From positions 1 to 29,000 of IMG/VR virus record IMGVR_UViG_3300033067_000558: a stretch of 29,000 bases of DNA. The stretch is one strand, 5' to 3'. Both the position numbers and the translations under genes were made by a program. Numbering within the stretch: position 1 is the stretch's first letter; each line of letters starts with the position of its first letter. Under the pieces are notes generated by a model. The model was not told the origin of the DNA and did not search any database. It was given only the letters and a program-made list of their open reading frames with translations. This DNA is from a virus (taxonomy: Duplodnaviria; Caudoviricetes). Shown one piece after another: positions 18,456 through 28,282 of this stretch.

Positions 18456-19130
18456 TTATACCTCTTTTACAATAATATATGCGCCATCACCGGTTTGTAA
18501 TATAAGACTAGTATCTGAAGTTACTAAATATCTATACTCAGAAGGTAATAAATTAAGTTGTGTTGGCCAGTAAAATTCATCAGAATAGGGTCCTTGTCCA
18601 AATCCATTTATAGCAGCTACTCTATAAGTAGCACTGATACCAGGATCTGACAATGTTGTATCAATATACGATGGAATACTTGTCTCTGTATTAGCTTCCA
18701 ATGTAGCATATGCAACATCTTGCGGGATAGCTCTTTCAACAATATACCCAGTTATTGGAGATGAACCTTGATCTTGTGGAGCATCCCAATATAAAGTAAC
18801 ATATCCATCTAAAGGATCAGACCTAACTCTAGGATTACTTGGTTTACTTGGCAGCCTATCATCATTATCATTTATTATATAGATATCATTTAAAGGCTCT
18901 GGGCGCATTTTATCTAAATTTTTAACCAATACTTCATTAATAACTTTTGGTTTTTGTTGTGGATTTGTTTTACTATGTTGTAAATGCCTATCACATATTA
19001 ATAAACCATAATTTTTATTATAAATATCTGTTACTTTAGTCATTTCTTTAATATGTTTTCTAAATCCACAAATATCACAAATAGCATAACGCATATTACG
19101 TGGTGTAGATTTAGAAACAGAATATTTCAT
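18456..19130 (-). CDS. Zn-ribbon plus fibronectin type III domain protein
   Basis: CDICG...LLICDRH at the N-terminus; PSKP...LYWDAPQDQGSSPITGYIVE...YRVAAINGFGQGPYS is a canonical FN3 signature. Confidence 0.85.
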   Translation of the reverse strand: MKYSVSKSTPRNMRYAICDICGFRKHIKEMTKVTDIYNKNYGLLICDRHLQHSKTNPQQKPKVINEVLVKNLDKMRPEPLNDIYIINDNDDRLPSKPSNPRVRSDPLDGYVTLYWDAPQDQGSSPITGYIVERAIPQDVAYATLEANTETSIPSYIDTTLSDPGISATYRVAAINGFGQGPYSDEFYWPTQLNLLPSEYRYLVTSDTSLILQTGDGAYIIVKEV

Positions 19131-19513
19131 TGCTTGACCTTTATGATTATAGTCACTTCGTCTCCTGCGTCTAAATTAGCAGTTGTGAGAACAATATCTC
19201 CTGTAGCTCCTGTAGCTCCTGGATTACTAATACCTCCAAAAGCCTCAAAACAAAAATTAGGGTTCTGAGAAGGATCTACGGCAATTATTGGACTATCTGT
19301 AGTCTGATCCCATTCTAAACGCAATAGTGCTGATGCCCCAGAGGCCATTATAGACATTAAGGCTCCTTTAGTTACATTATTACAAAAAGTGCTATTGTCA
19401 AAAATAATAGTATCTGTTTCTTCTGAACCATCAGAAATAATATGAATGAGGCGAACGATATCCCTATCCGTTCCCCCGCCCAATAAAGTTCTTTGAGTTA
19501 TTGTATTAGCCAT
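19127..19513 (-). CDS. Putative virion structural protein (128 aa)
   Basis: Beta-rich, acidic, AGGGG RBS, located between head and tail genes. Confidence 0.6.
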   Translation of the reverse strand: MANTITQRTLLGGGTDRDIVRLIHIISDGSEETDTIIFDNSTFCNNVTKGALMSIMASGASALLRLEWDQTTDSPIIAVDPSQNPNFCFEAFGGISNPGATGATGDIVLTTANLDAGDEVTIIIKVKQ

Positions 19514-19527
19514 TAAAGGTACCCCTA

Positions 19528-20493
19528 TTAAGCATCAGCTGCAGGTAGTAAATATCCTGATTTATCAGCGGCTCCAGAATAGTAATTTTGGCTATAAATA
19601 AGTCCAGAAGATGCCGTAACTAATATCTCAGAAGTAGCGTCTAAGCTTTGAACAAAATTACGTCTAACAATACCACTATTAGTAGTTCCATCAGTGGTAA
19701 TTAATATACCTGTAGTAGCTCCAGCAGAACCAACTAAATTTATAACATTATTATCAACATCTAAGTTAGTAACTACTTTACCTGTAGCAATAGGCATTAA
19801 ACCAGCATCAGTTGTTGCGTTATGTGCAACATAGTTATTTTTTATAACAACGTTATCATTAGTTCCTGCCATATTAACTAATGCAGTGGCGTTAGTAGCT
19901 CCTGCCCCCATTCTTTTACAATCTTCGATCCTTAATCCATCTGCAGCATTAGCAGTAGTACCAACGTTAACAATCCATTTAAAATTAAGAATAGAAGAAT
20001 TATCTACAAAATCACAATCTTGTAAATTAAAATATTTTGCTGTTGATAAAGTAAATAAAGCAACAATAGCTGCAAAATTAGCTTTAAACAAACAATTAAC
20101 AATAGAAATATTAGCTGCACTAACAGCAATTGTTGTTGTAGTGGCAGTATTTAAAGTAAATGTTGGTCGTGTTGTTCCTTTTCCTAACCCAACAACAGCG
20201 ACTCCAGCTTTATTAAGAGCTAATGCAGTAGCACTAGAAATTGTCTCAGCATGTCCTGGCATAATCATTATTATATCACCACGAGAAGCTGTACATTGAG
20301 TAACTGCATAGTTTAAAGTAGAGAAAGGAGCTAGATAAGTTCCTGCATTATTATTTGAAGCTCCAACACCATTATATGGCAGAACCCCAGAGTTATTAAC
20401 CCAAAATATTTGCCCAGGATGAGCCATAGTTAGGGGTAAACCCCTAACCATTAACCCATTGTTGAACCCATTTGGAAAATTTGATATTTTCAT
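19528..20493 (-). CDS. Right-handed beta-helix (pectin lyase-like) virion protein, possible head spike
   Basis: IFWVN...NNNAGTYLAPFSTLNYAV...GDIIMIMPG cap followed by Asn-ladder strands (VVIKNNYV, LDVDNNVI, IVRRNFV); AGGAG RBS; follows the capsid gene. Confidence 0.72.
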   Translation of the reverse strand: MKISNFPNGFNNGLMVRGLPLTMAHPGQIFWVNNSGVLPYNGVGASNNNAGTYLAPFSTLNYAVTQCTASRGDIIMIMPGHAETISSATALALNKAGVAVVGLGKGTTRPTFTLNTATTTTIAVSAANISIVNCLFKANFAAIVALFTLSTAKYFNLQDCDFVDNSSILNFKWIVNVGTTANAADGLRIEDCKRMGAGATNATALVNMAGTNDNVVIKNNYVAHNATTDAGLMPIATGKVVTNLDVDNNVINLVGSAGATTGILITTDGTTNSGIVRRNFVQSLDATSEILVTASSGLIYSQNYYSGAADKSGYLLPAADA

Positions 20494-20558
20494 TAACAGT
20501 ATCTCCTAATTAACACCAATGGCGTTAAAATAATTTAAAATTTAATTAGTTCGATAAA

Positions 20559-21467
20559 CTAAGCTCCTGCAGTTCCCCAAATACCCATTAAATCAGTACA
20601 ACCTACAGAATATGCTTCATATCCTTTAATTTTGATCGCATCAGTATCAAACTCAACATCAGATTGAATTTGTAAAGGCTCTCTTTGGAAATATCGCATA
20701 CCTTTAGCAGCATCAGTTTGAATAAACCAAGCGTCAGCGTCAGTAAGATATTGATAAACCATTATTCCTTTAGAGAAAACTTTTTGAGCATTAAGAACGT
20801 TAATATCGTTTTCTGCTGTTCCAGAACGCAAATTGGACATTAGTATTCTATTAGCATTAAATTGCTCTCCTCTGGGAACAATAAGCATTTGAGGCACAAC
20901 TCTACGTAATTTTCCACGATCATCTGTATATGCTTGAATTTGCTGTACAGCATTTTCTATAGCTAATTCGGACAAATCACAGTCCACACTAGGAGTATTT
21001 GCAAAAGTACCTCCTCCAGAAAGTAAATGTGCACTAGAGCAAAGTTGTAAGCCATCTGCATAAGTAATAGAACTAGAGAAAGCGCTGTTAAATAATCTAG
21101 CAGCGACTATTTCTTTACATTCTCTAAAGCTATTACCCAACTCTTTAGTGAACTCTTCACCTAACTTCATATATAAATTATCGCGAATCGCTTGATGAGA
21201 TATTTTTATTCCATTAGAATAATCTACTGGAATATAATCAAATCTAAAACCTTCACCCATAAAATCATATTCAGTTTGAGTTGCTTCAGGTCTAACTCTT
21301 GCAACACCTAGTCCATACATATTTACATCACGCTCGTAATTCATTTCTGATTTAAGCATTTCAAATATTTGACTAAATTGTTCTGGATAACGGTTATATC
21401 CTAAACCATACCATTCATGCACCCCAGGACGCAATGCTGATAAGGCAGTTCCACTAGTAAAAATCAT
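20559..21467 (-). CDS. Major capsid protein (HK97 fold)
   Basis: LRPGV, ISHQAIRDNLY, ADGLQLCSSAH, PQMLIVP, SGTAENDIN and YLTDADAWFI; size and position; GGAG RBS. Confidence 0.9.
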   Translation of the reverse strand: MIFTSGTALSALRPGVHEWYGLGYNRYPEQFSQIFEMLKSEMNYERDVNMYGLGVARVRPEATQTEYDFMGEGFRFDYIPVDYSNGIKISHQAIRDNLYMKLGEEFTKELGNSFRECKEIVAARLFNSAFSSSITYADGLQLCSSAHLLSGGGTFANTPSVDCDLSELAIENAVQQIQAYTDDRGKLRRVVPQMLIVPRGEQFNANRILMSNLRSGTAENDINVLNAQKVFSKGIMVYQYLTDADAWFIQTDAAKGMRYFQREPLQIQSDVEFDTDAIKIKGYEAYSVGCTDLMGIWGTAGA

Positions 21468-21481
21468 AATATATCTCCACC

Positions 21482-22039
21482 TTATATTTCTTTAAGATTA
21501 GTTACACCAGCATTAACTTCTGTATGTAAGTTAGGTTTAACGATCCATCTGCAATATGCTCCAACGTCATTACCTGGTTTATCATCTTTACGTACTACAA
21601 GCCAAGTATTGTTAGTAGCTACTGCCTCGGTATCAAGTGCATATTTAGAACGACCTGATGTTGTATTACAATCAATAGCAGCCACACTATTGATATGTTG
21701 ACCTATTTGAGTAACAACCAGTCCAGAAGCTCCACCATTATCAAGAACATGAAATTCTTCGTTAGGACCATCTGCAACTAAAACATACCCAGAATCACCT
21801 GATTTTAAATAAGGATATGTTCTTGTAGAGTCAACTACAATACCTACCACTACTCCTGTAACATAAGAACCTGTAGTTGCACGAGTAACAGCTGCATATC
21901 CTTTTGGATCTGCAGAGTCCGCAGCTCTTACTACAGGATCTCCAATACCTAATTGTACTGCCGCACTTTTATAGTACATATGGACTTGAGGATTACCATT
22001 AACTGGTGAAAATCCTGAAGGCGCATTTGAATTAGCCAT
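21482..22039 (-). CDS. Putative capsid decoration/cement protein
   Basis: MANSNAPSGFSPV start, IGDPV, GVVVG and VADGP; beta-rich gene directly upstream of the MCP. Confidence 0.62.
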   Translation of the reverse strand: MANSNAPSGFSPVNGNPQVHMYYKSAAVQLGIGDPVVRAADSADPKGYAAVTRATTGSYVTGVVVGIVVDSTRTYPYLKSGDSGYVLVADGPNEEFHVLDNGGASGLVVTQIGQHINSVAAIDCNTTSGRSKYALDTEAVATNNTWLVVRKDDKPGNDVGAYCRWIVKPNLHTEVNAGVTNLKEI

Positions 22040-22056
22040 AATTTATACCCCAAAAT

Positions 22057-22518
22057 TTATGTATTATTAAACTTCGAACTTAGTTTCCTTGCTCGTCGTA
22101 ACTGCCCTGTAGGATCAATATCTTCTTCACTTGCATCTAATTGTTTTTCTTTTTCTTTTTGATCTTCTAAATAAATATCTAATGGAATACGCATTAAAAT
22201 ATCATTTTTATGAAGACCATTAGGATTAGTAATTCTTTCTATATGTGAGCCTTGTGTAGAAGCTTCTGACCGGCCTTTGCCAGTATAAGTATCTGCAACG
22301 TCACCTTTGACTAGTTCCCAACCTGCACGAAGGAACTTCTGTATTCTGCCAGGTCTATCATTTACATAACGATATTTAAAACCTGGTTCTTGTTCAAGAT
22401 ATGTTAAAGCTTGTTGTTTATAGACAGGAATCCGTTCTGCTACTAATTTTGCTCTACGCTTAGTGCTTGTTTCTGGCACCCTGTCTTCAACTTCTGATAT
22501 AATTCTATCATCTTTCAT
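22057..22518 (-). CDS. Head-module hypothetical protein (153 aa)
   Basis: PGFKYRYVND...GWELV and ILMRIP; located between scaffold and decoration genes. Confidence 0.65.
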   Translation of the reverse strand: MKDDRIISEVEDRVPETSTKRRAKLVAERIPVYKQQALTYLEQEPGFKYRYVNDRPGRIQKFLRAGWELVKGDVADTYTGKGRSEASTQGSHIERITNPNGLHKNDILMRIPLDIYLEDQKEKEKQLDASEEDIDPTGQLRRARKLSSKFNNT

Positions 22519-23354
22519 GCCAAATCTCCAGTTTCTATTAACTTTTTAATATAATTTTCTACAGTCATTGTGCCTCTATCAGCTAAATATTTTGCAGCCA
22601 TTCGTTGCGCATCATTTAAATCATTGATTGTATATGTTTTTTTACCTTTAGTAATCACATTTCTCTCAACTTGCACACCTTCCACTGCAGGTTTTACTTC
22701 TTTTTCTTCAAAATAATCATGATATTTTTTATGAATTGCTTGATTTAATGCATCAAGTTGTTCTTTTAAGTCCATTCCTTGACTAGTCATTACAGCCTCT
22801 AATTGCTTTGCATATGCTTGCATTTCAAGCTCATCTACCGATTTCCCGTAAATCCATTGGTTATTTTCTTCTCTAAAGTTATCAATTAAAAGCTTATTAT
22901 AAGCTTGTTCTTTCATATCTTTAGCTTCTTTATCGGTATTTTGAAATTCTTGTTTAATATTTTCTTGACGCATATCAAGTTGTTCAACTAATGCCGCATC
23001 TCCTTGGGAAATTGCCATATTTCGTTGCATTTTAATGTCATTTAATGCTTGTTGATATGCTTGTTCTTTTTGTTTAGAGACATCAATCGATAATTGATTT
23101 AAAATGACTTCCATTTCTGCTAATTTTTTATCTTTATCTTCAATTACTTTGTTTTTTATCTCTAATGCCGCATTTTTTTTAGGAAGATTATCTAAAGCGT
23201 ATAAAATATACTCTTTTGCAGTACGAACCCCAGAAGAATTCCAACCATATGATTTTGCAAGTTCTTCATAAGCTTTATTATCTTCTGTATCTACAGTATT
23301 TTCATGTTCATTTATCTCATTTTCTAAAACTGTTTCTTTTTCTATAGCACTCAT
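22515..23354 (-). CDS. Putative capsid scaffolding protein
   Basis: Acidic N-terminus, long coiled coil, short C-terminal helical element; lies between portal and MCP. Confidence 0.7.
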   Translation of the reverse strand: MSAIEKETVLENEINEHENTVDTEDNKAYEELAKSYGWNSSGVRTAKEYILYALDNLPKKNAALEIKNKVIEDKDKKLAEMEVILNQLSIDVSKQKEQAYQQALNDIKMQRNMAISQGDAALVEQLDMRQENIKQEFQNTDKEAKDMKEQAYNKLLIDNFREENNQWIYGKSVDELEMQAYAKQLEAVMTSQGMDLKEQLDALNQAIHKKYHDYFEEKEVKPAVEGVQVERNVITKGKKTYTINDLNDAQRMAAKYLADRGTMTVENYIKKLIETGDLA

Positions 23355-23701
23355 AACTCATAACTCCCCTCTTCTATTACTGTCACTAAATCTAAATCCT
23401 CTACAGCTCTATATGTGTACTCGTCATCACTTTCTAACAAGTTTCCGGCATGTTTATATAATAAAACTTTATTACCTAGTTTAACTTGAGAAGATATTAC
23501 TTCTAAAGGAACACCTCTGCGGTAACCTACATACGGCCCCATTGCCACAATAGTACCATAACACATTCCTTCTTGCTCTAACTCTAAATCTTCATTAGAT
23601 TTAATAGCTAAAATTAAACCACCCTCAGAAACTTCTTCTTTCTTTCTTTCAATTTTATCTAATCGTACAACTACTTTACTAAATAAAGGTCTATGTCTCA
23701 T
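23351..23701 (-). CDS. groES: GroES/Cpn10-like co-chaperonin
   Basis: RPLFSKVVVR, SEGGLIL mobile loop, GTIVAMGP, VKLGNKVLLYKHAG and EDLDLVTVIE follow the GroES pattern. Confidence 0.88.
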   Translation of the reverse strand: MRHRPLFSKVVVRLDKIERKKEEVSEGGLILAIKSNEDLELEQEGMCYGTIVAMGPYVGYRRGVPLEVISSQVKLGNKVLLYKHAGNLLESDDEYTYRAVEDLDLVTVIEEGSYEL

Positions 23702-23957
23702 CTATTACTCCATCTTTGTCTACATTAAATGTTATAAACTCTAAAATATTTTCTATAGCATCGGAATATCCAAGAAAATAGTTTAATTTTAATTGCCCTC
23801 CTGCTGAATCTTCAATATATGCTCTACTTAATCTAGCATTTATTGTATCATCTCGAACATCTTCGACATATTTTTTAAAATACTGAGTAACTTTATCATC
23901 TCTCCAATTAATAAAATCATTAATATCTAAGCTTAATTCTTTATTTTGTTCAGTCAT
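23691..23957 (-). CDS. Hypothetical protein (88 aa)
   Basis: Abuts the portal stop; GGAG RBS; FINWRDDKVTQ motif. Confidence 0.7.
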   Translation of the reverse strand: MTEQNKELSLDINDFINWRDDKVTQYFKKYVEDVRDDTINARLSRAYIEDSAGGQLKLNYFLGYSDAIENILEFITFNVDKDGVIDET

Positions 23958-26018
23958 TTATTTTTTATTCTCCTCTGGGATAATAGAAGAAGGTGCTGGG
24001 GCACTCATTATCTCATGTGCTAAACGAATTTCTTCTAAAGATGCCGCATGTTGATCCATTATTTGTTTATGTTGTTCTGCTACAGATTTTAATTGTTCTT
24101 GGGCTTGCATTTTAGTTTCAGTTGTATTGTCTTTTCTCATATTATGTAAAGCATCTTGCTGTAATTTCCAAACTAATGCGCTGTAATATTGTATTTGTGC
24201 CTCTGAATTCTTAATATCTTGCTGTAGTTTGGCTTGCTGTATTTGTAATTCATGAGTTTTCAATGTAGCTTGAGCAGAAATATTAGCAATATCAGTTTGA
24301 ATCTTCTGTATTTTAGCTTGCGCAATTTGTTGCTCAGGAGGAACAGGAACATTATCTTTAGGAATCAATTTATCAATTACTGCTTGATCAATTTGCATTG
24401 ATTGCAATGTATATTTATCTGCCTCTCTATGGTCAATTGTTGACAATTGATGAATAATATTAGCTTTAAACATTCTCTGAGCTTCAGTAGATACCGTTGG
24501 ATCTGCTGCTGGCATAATATTGCAATCAGATAATTCAAAATCTTTATCTTTATTTGCTAAAGGATCGTCAAGAACATTCATATATTCTTCATTAGTTAAA
24601 TGTAATGAGTTTAAATAGTATATTTTTTGAAATTCTTTACGTAAACTTCTATATAGTCGTTTATTAATTGCCACAAAAACCTTACTTCCTTGCTCTATTA
24701 ATTGATTCACAGTATTACTTGCAACATTCTGCAAAGGCTGTTGGTCTTGCATTACTTTTGTTGTAGAAGATAAATCTTTTCCAATTCTAAGCATTAGCCC
24801 TAATAATTGAAACAATGTCTGAGAAGGTTCTTTTGTTGGCCAAGGAAAAACATTACGACTTATTTCTTCTCCAGCAGCCATACTAACATGCTGCCATCTG
24901 CCCATTTTAAACTTTAATTCGCCATTTTTTAAACGAATACCACTTCCTAATAATCCGCCTTGAGTATTATTTAATGTACCACTATCAATAAGTTGATTAC
25001 ATAATGAATTTATTGCTTTATTTAAAGGAAGCAAAAGGCTACCAAATCCTACTGAATAAAAACACCCGTTGGAAGATCGTATAAAATGATAGTCTGTGAA
25101 GGATTGATCAGCACCAATACGAATAATTTTCTTTTTAGCATTAAGTTCAACATTTTTAAAACGTGCTTTAATTCTAAATATTTGGCCCGAATCTTTATGA
25201 ATTGTTACAATATAAGGCTCTTTATATCCATCTTCATCTAAATCAATATAACAATGTTGTTCTAGTATTTCTAAAGGAGCATCATTATCTTGAAAAGATA
25301 TATTATTATTCTCAGGATTATGATCTTCAGAAAAACTACTAGTTAAGCAATCAACATCAAGAGTATCTCCATTATTTTTCTTTGATAAATAAATACCTAA
25401 TCTTTGTCTGGAAATAATATCGTCTTTATAAAATTTTAATTTATGTGTTATTCTTCGTGCCGCATCTAAACTTTGCGCACCAGCATTAATAACAATATCC
25501 ATTGGATTACACAGGTCACTACAAATCCTACGCTCTAGTTCATTGTAATACGTTTTCTTAAATACTGTTCCTACTACTGGCAATATTTGCAATAGCTTGT
25601 CTGTGCCATCAACCCAATCAGGAGACCGTGAAGTTAAATCATAAGATATAAATGTTGAAACTCTTTCTGCACGTAAAAATTTAGAATTATCAGGGTCACT
25701 TCCTACCACATTCATTTTTACGATTCTATCAGTTTGCAATATTTCTGGGATTGTTTGAGAAGCGTATTCAATAGCCGCTTCTGTAATTAAAGGATATTTT
25801 ATATTTGAGCAGCCATCCCAAGGAAAATCTTTATGATCCATGATCTGCATTGCAATATCTATTGCTTCATTGATCGTATTTAACCAATCTTGCCTACTCT
25901 CATCATCGATTCTATAGCCCCCAAGTACTTCTTGAGAAATTTCAGCTAATTTTGTGTCATCTAATAATTCAGCGATATTATCTACTTTTTGCAATTGATC
26001 AATCGTTAATTTTGCCAT
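23958..26018 (-). CDS. Portal protein (P22-like, with C-terminal coiled-coil barrel)
   Basis: Follows TerL; KDFPWDGCSNIKYPLI, GTVFKKTYY, DLDEDGYKEPYIVT and NQLIDSGTL; Gln-rich helical C-terminus. Confidence 0.92.
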   Translation of the reverse strand: MAKLTIDQLQKVDNIAELLDDTKLAEISQEVLGGYRIDDESRQDWLNTINEAIDIAMQIMDHKDFPWDGCSNIKYPLITEAAIEYASQTIPEILQTDRIVKMNVVGSDPDNSKFLRAERVSTFISYDLTSRSPDWVDGTDKLLQILPVVGTVFKKTYYNELERRICSDLCNPMDIVINAGAQSLDAARRITHKLKFYKDDIISRQRLGIYLSKKNNGDTLDVDCLTSSFSEDHNPENNNISFQDNDAPLEILEQHCYIDLDEDGYKEPYIVTIHKDSGQIFRIKARFKNVELNAKKKIIRIGADQSFTDYHFIRSSNGCFYSVGFGSLLLPLNKAINSLCNQLIDSGTLNNTQGGLLGSGIRLKNGELKFKMGRWQHVSMAAGEEISRNVFPWPTKEPSQTLFQLLGLMLRIGKDLSSTTKVMQDQQPLQNVASNTVNQLIEQGSKVFVAINKRLYRSLRKEFQKIYYLNSLHLTNEEYMNVLDDPLANKDKDFELSDCNIMPAADPTVSTEAQRMFKANIIHQLSTIDHREADKYTLQSMQIDQAVIDKLIPKDNVPVPPEQQIAQAKIQKIQTDIANISAQATLKTHELQIQQAKLQQDIKNSEAQIQYYSALVWKLQQDALHNMRKDNTTETKMQAQEQLKSVAEQHKQIMDQHAASLEEIRLAHEIMSAPAPSSIIPEENKK

Positions 26019-26020
26019 AA

Positions 26021-27481
26021 TTAATATCCCGTATGTTTATCTCTTTGAGAATCGTCATAGTCATCAGCATTATTAGAATATTTATTAGGTTCAGTATCTA
26101 AATACTCTAGCCCAGTATCAATTGCATATCGTAAAGCATCAGGAGCATGGTCATCCTTTTTAACAATCTTTCCTTTTTCATCCCTATGATATCTTCGTAA
26201 TTCTCTTATTAAATTAGGGCAAGTAGAAAATATTTTTAACATCCCAGTCTCTAATAATTGTAATATTTTAAATATACCGGAATCTCTATTCTGTTTATTA
26301 GCTTTAACTAAATTTAATCCTTCATTTATATACAATTCAATCATTTTAGACCCATCTGATTGATTAACTGCCATAGCATCTGCGGCTCCTGTAATCCAAG
26401 CCCCTCTTTGTTTAAGTGCATGGGTGTGTACAGCAATATGTTCTCGTCCAGCATAATATTCAGAATACACATATAATACATTATCATCAGGATTTTGTGC
26501 AACCCATACCGCTGCATTTACTTCCCAACCGGTATCAAATCCAAATACTTTAGGCCACCAAGGCAATATTGGAATAGGAGTAATTATAATATCATCCCAC
26601 ATTACTGGATATACCGCCCCAGCCCCTAATGATGGAATACCTTTACTTCTGGCTTCTCTTTCATGTGGAAGACTACCTTTATACATCTCTTCTTTTTGTT
26701 CTTTTGATAAATGCGGTACATCATCCCATGTAGTTTGAGTTGCAAACTTATGAGGATCTGTTCTTACTGATCCATCCCTAGTTGCGTATAAATCTGGCAA
26801 GAACTGTAATGCGACTCCTGTTAGACCGTATAAAGGAGTAAACGTACAGCGTATTTCCCCGGGACTATGTCTGTCTGTTATACGAATTAAACACTCACTA
26901 TATATACTTTCATCTTCTGGCTCTTCATCTAACCATATAACTTGAATCTTAGTTCCTTCAAAACCCCCTCTTCCTTGCTCATATGATTTAAATGCTAAAG
27001 TACTGGTGCCGCCACTAACATGTCTTACTTTAACAATATCAACACAATTAGCAGCCCCTTGTTTTTTAGTAGGCGTACCAACAAGTAAATGTTTAGGAAT
27101 CATTCCCGTACCGAAATCTGTATCATCATCTCCCAATAAAGCTGATTGTAAGATTTCTTTAGTTTTTGATGTTGTTTTACCCGCCGCCCATGCTTTAACC
27201 GGATTGAGAAACTTTTTACCTTCCCACCAATCAGGATAAATACCGGTTAAATGACAGGTCATAATATATGCTCCTGTCTCTGTCTTACCTACCCTATTTG
27301 CAGCAATAAACGCTAATTGGTTGTAATGTGCGGATGCATTAATAAATTTAATATGTGCCGCATATAACTCTCTTCTATATGGTCCATTATCAGGGAAAAT
27401 AGTCGAGATTCGATTATATTTAATCTTGCTTTCTTCTGTTTGAAGAAGTTCTAATAACTCATCAAGATCTTTATTCTCCAT
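26021..27481 (-). CDS. terL: Terminase large subunit
   Basis: Walker A AANRVGKT, Walker B VIWLDEEP, TFTP coupling motif, nuclease motifs FGFDTG and DDHAPDALRY. Confidence 0.96.
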   Translation of the reverse strand: MENKDLDELLELLQTEESKIKYNRISTIFPDNGPYRRELYAAHIKFINASAHYNQLAFIAANRVGKTETGAYIMTCHLTGIYPDWWEGKKFLNPVKAWAAGKTTSKTKEILQSALLGDDDTDFGTGMIPKHLLVGTPTKKQGAANCVDIVKVRHVSGGTSTLAFKSYEQGRGGFEGTKIQVIWLDEEPEDESIYSECLIRITDRHSPGEIRCTFTPLYGLTGVALQFLPDLYATRDGSVRTDPHKFATQTTWDDVPHLSKEQKEEMYKGSLPHEREARSKGIPSLGAGAVYPVMWDDIIITPIPILPWWPKVFGFDTGWEVNAAVWVAQNPDDNVLYVYSEYYAGREHIAVHTHALKQRGAWITGAADAMAVNQSDGSKMIELYINEGLNLVKANKQNRDSGIFKILQLLETGMLKIFSTCPNLIRELRRYHRDEKGKIVKKDDHAPDALRYAIDTGLEYLDTEPNKYSNNADDYDDSQRDKHTGY

Positions 27482-27998
27482 TGTATATAATCTCTGCGTC
27501 TTGATACTGACCTAAGTCTTTTCCTGCTGTATTTAATTTTTCTAATAATCCTTTTATTCTGTTTATCTTTTGTGAGTCTGTAAGATTTAATGTATTGAAA
27601 TTTATGTTCGTAGTATTTGAAGTTGTTGTTTGCCCTGTCCTACTATAATCTTCAGGAAACTTATTATTCATAATAATTGCCCATGAAGTTGTAGGGATGT
27701 TTTTAATTACATCTGGATTTTCATAATAAGCTTGGCTAACTAAATTTGCTAGTTCTACAGCTTCTTTAAACTCAGGATAATCTTTTTGCCAGTTATAGTA
27801 GGTTGTTCTACTTTTAGCTCCTGCTGCCAATATCATTCCTGCAGTATGCGCTCCTTTAGCTGCGGCCTCTACAATTTTATTACAAGCATCAGGGGAATAT
27901 TCAGTAGGTCGCCCTATGAATCTAAGGATTTCATTTGTAACTTGAGTTACGGGGGATTCTTCTTTTTCTTGCAAAATAATATCTTTATTTTTTGCCAT
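27471..27998 (-). CDS. terS: Terminase small subunit
   Basis: GRPTEYSP...SRTTYYNWQKDYPEFKEAV HTH signature; directly upstream of and overlapping terL. Confidence 0.88.
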   Translation of the reverse strand: MAKNKDIILQEKEESPVTQVTNEILRFIGRPTEYSPDACNKIVEAAAKGAHTAGMILAAGAKSRTTYYNWQKDYPEFKEAVELANLVSQAYYENPDVIKNIPTTSWAIIMNNKFPEDYSRTGQTTTSNTTNINFNTLNLTDSQKINRIKGLLEKLNTAGKDLGQYQDAEIIYNGE

Positions 27999-28272
27999 TG
28001 CTTAAAATATCCTTTATGTCTGTTTTAATTCTTTCAGGCAATTTATCTATGCTGTCTTTTATTTCTTTTATGTCGTCTTTAACTTCTCTAACTTGAGACT
28101 CGGTTACGGCAATTCTTACACTATGGTCATCAATCATCTTTTGTATTTTATCGTTCTTCATTGAAACTCTCTTCATCAGAAATACGATCACAGGATAAAT
28201 AAACACAATTAAGAAATCCTTTATCATTTGTTTTATTAGTTCAAAATCACCATTATCAGGAGACATAAACAT
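27985..28272 (-). CDS. Single-TM, coiled-coil membrane protein (holin/XhlA-like)
   Basis: Hydrophobic FLIVFIYPVIVFLM followed by basic residues and the coiled coil RIAVTESQVREVKDDIKEIKDSIDKL. Confidence 0.55.
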   Translation of the reverse strand: MFMSPDNGDFELIKQMIKDFLIVFIYPVIVFLMKRVSMKNDKIQKMIDDHSVRIAVTESQVREVKDDIKEIKDSIDKLPERIKTDIKDILSNGKK

Positions 28273-28282
28273 TCTCCTCTCC

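Noticed and set aside
12817-20299. Plus-strand ORFs opposite the fibre and beta-helix genes (e.g. 16953..17426, 17790..18080, 19886..20299)
   Set aside because: Val/Pro/Ala-rich antisense mirrors of Thr/Gly/Ala codons, fully nested within well-supported minus-strand genes.
20494-20561. Read-through of the capsid TAG stop into the beta-helix gene
   Set aside because: The downstream gene is out of frame and an in-frame TAA follows after seven codons.
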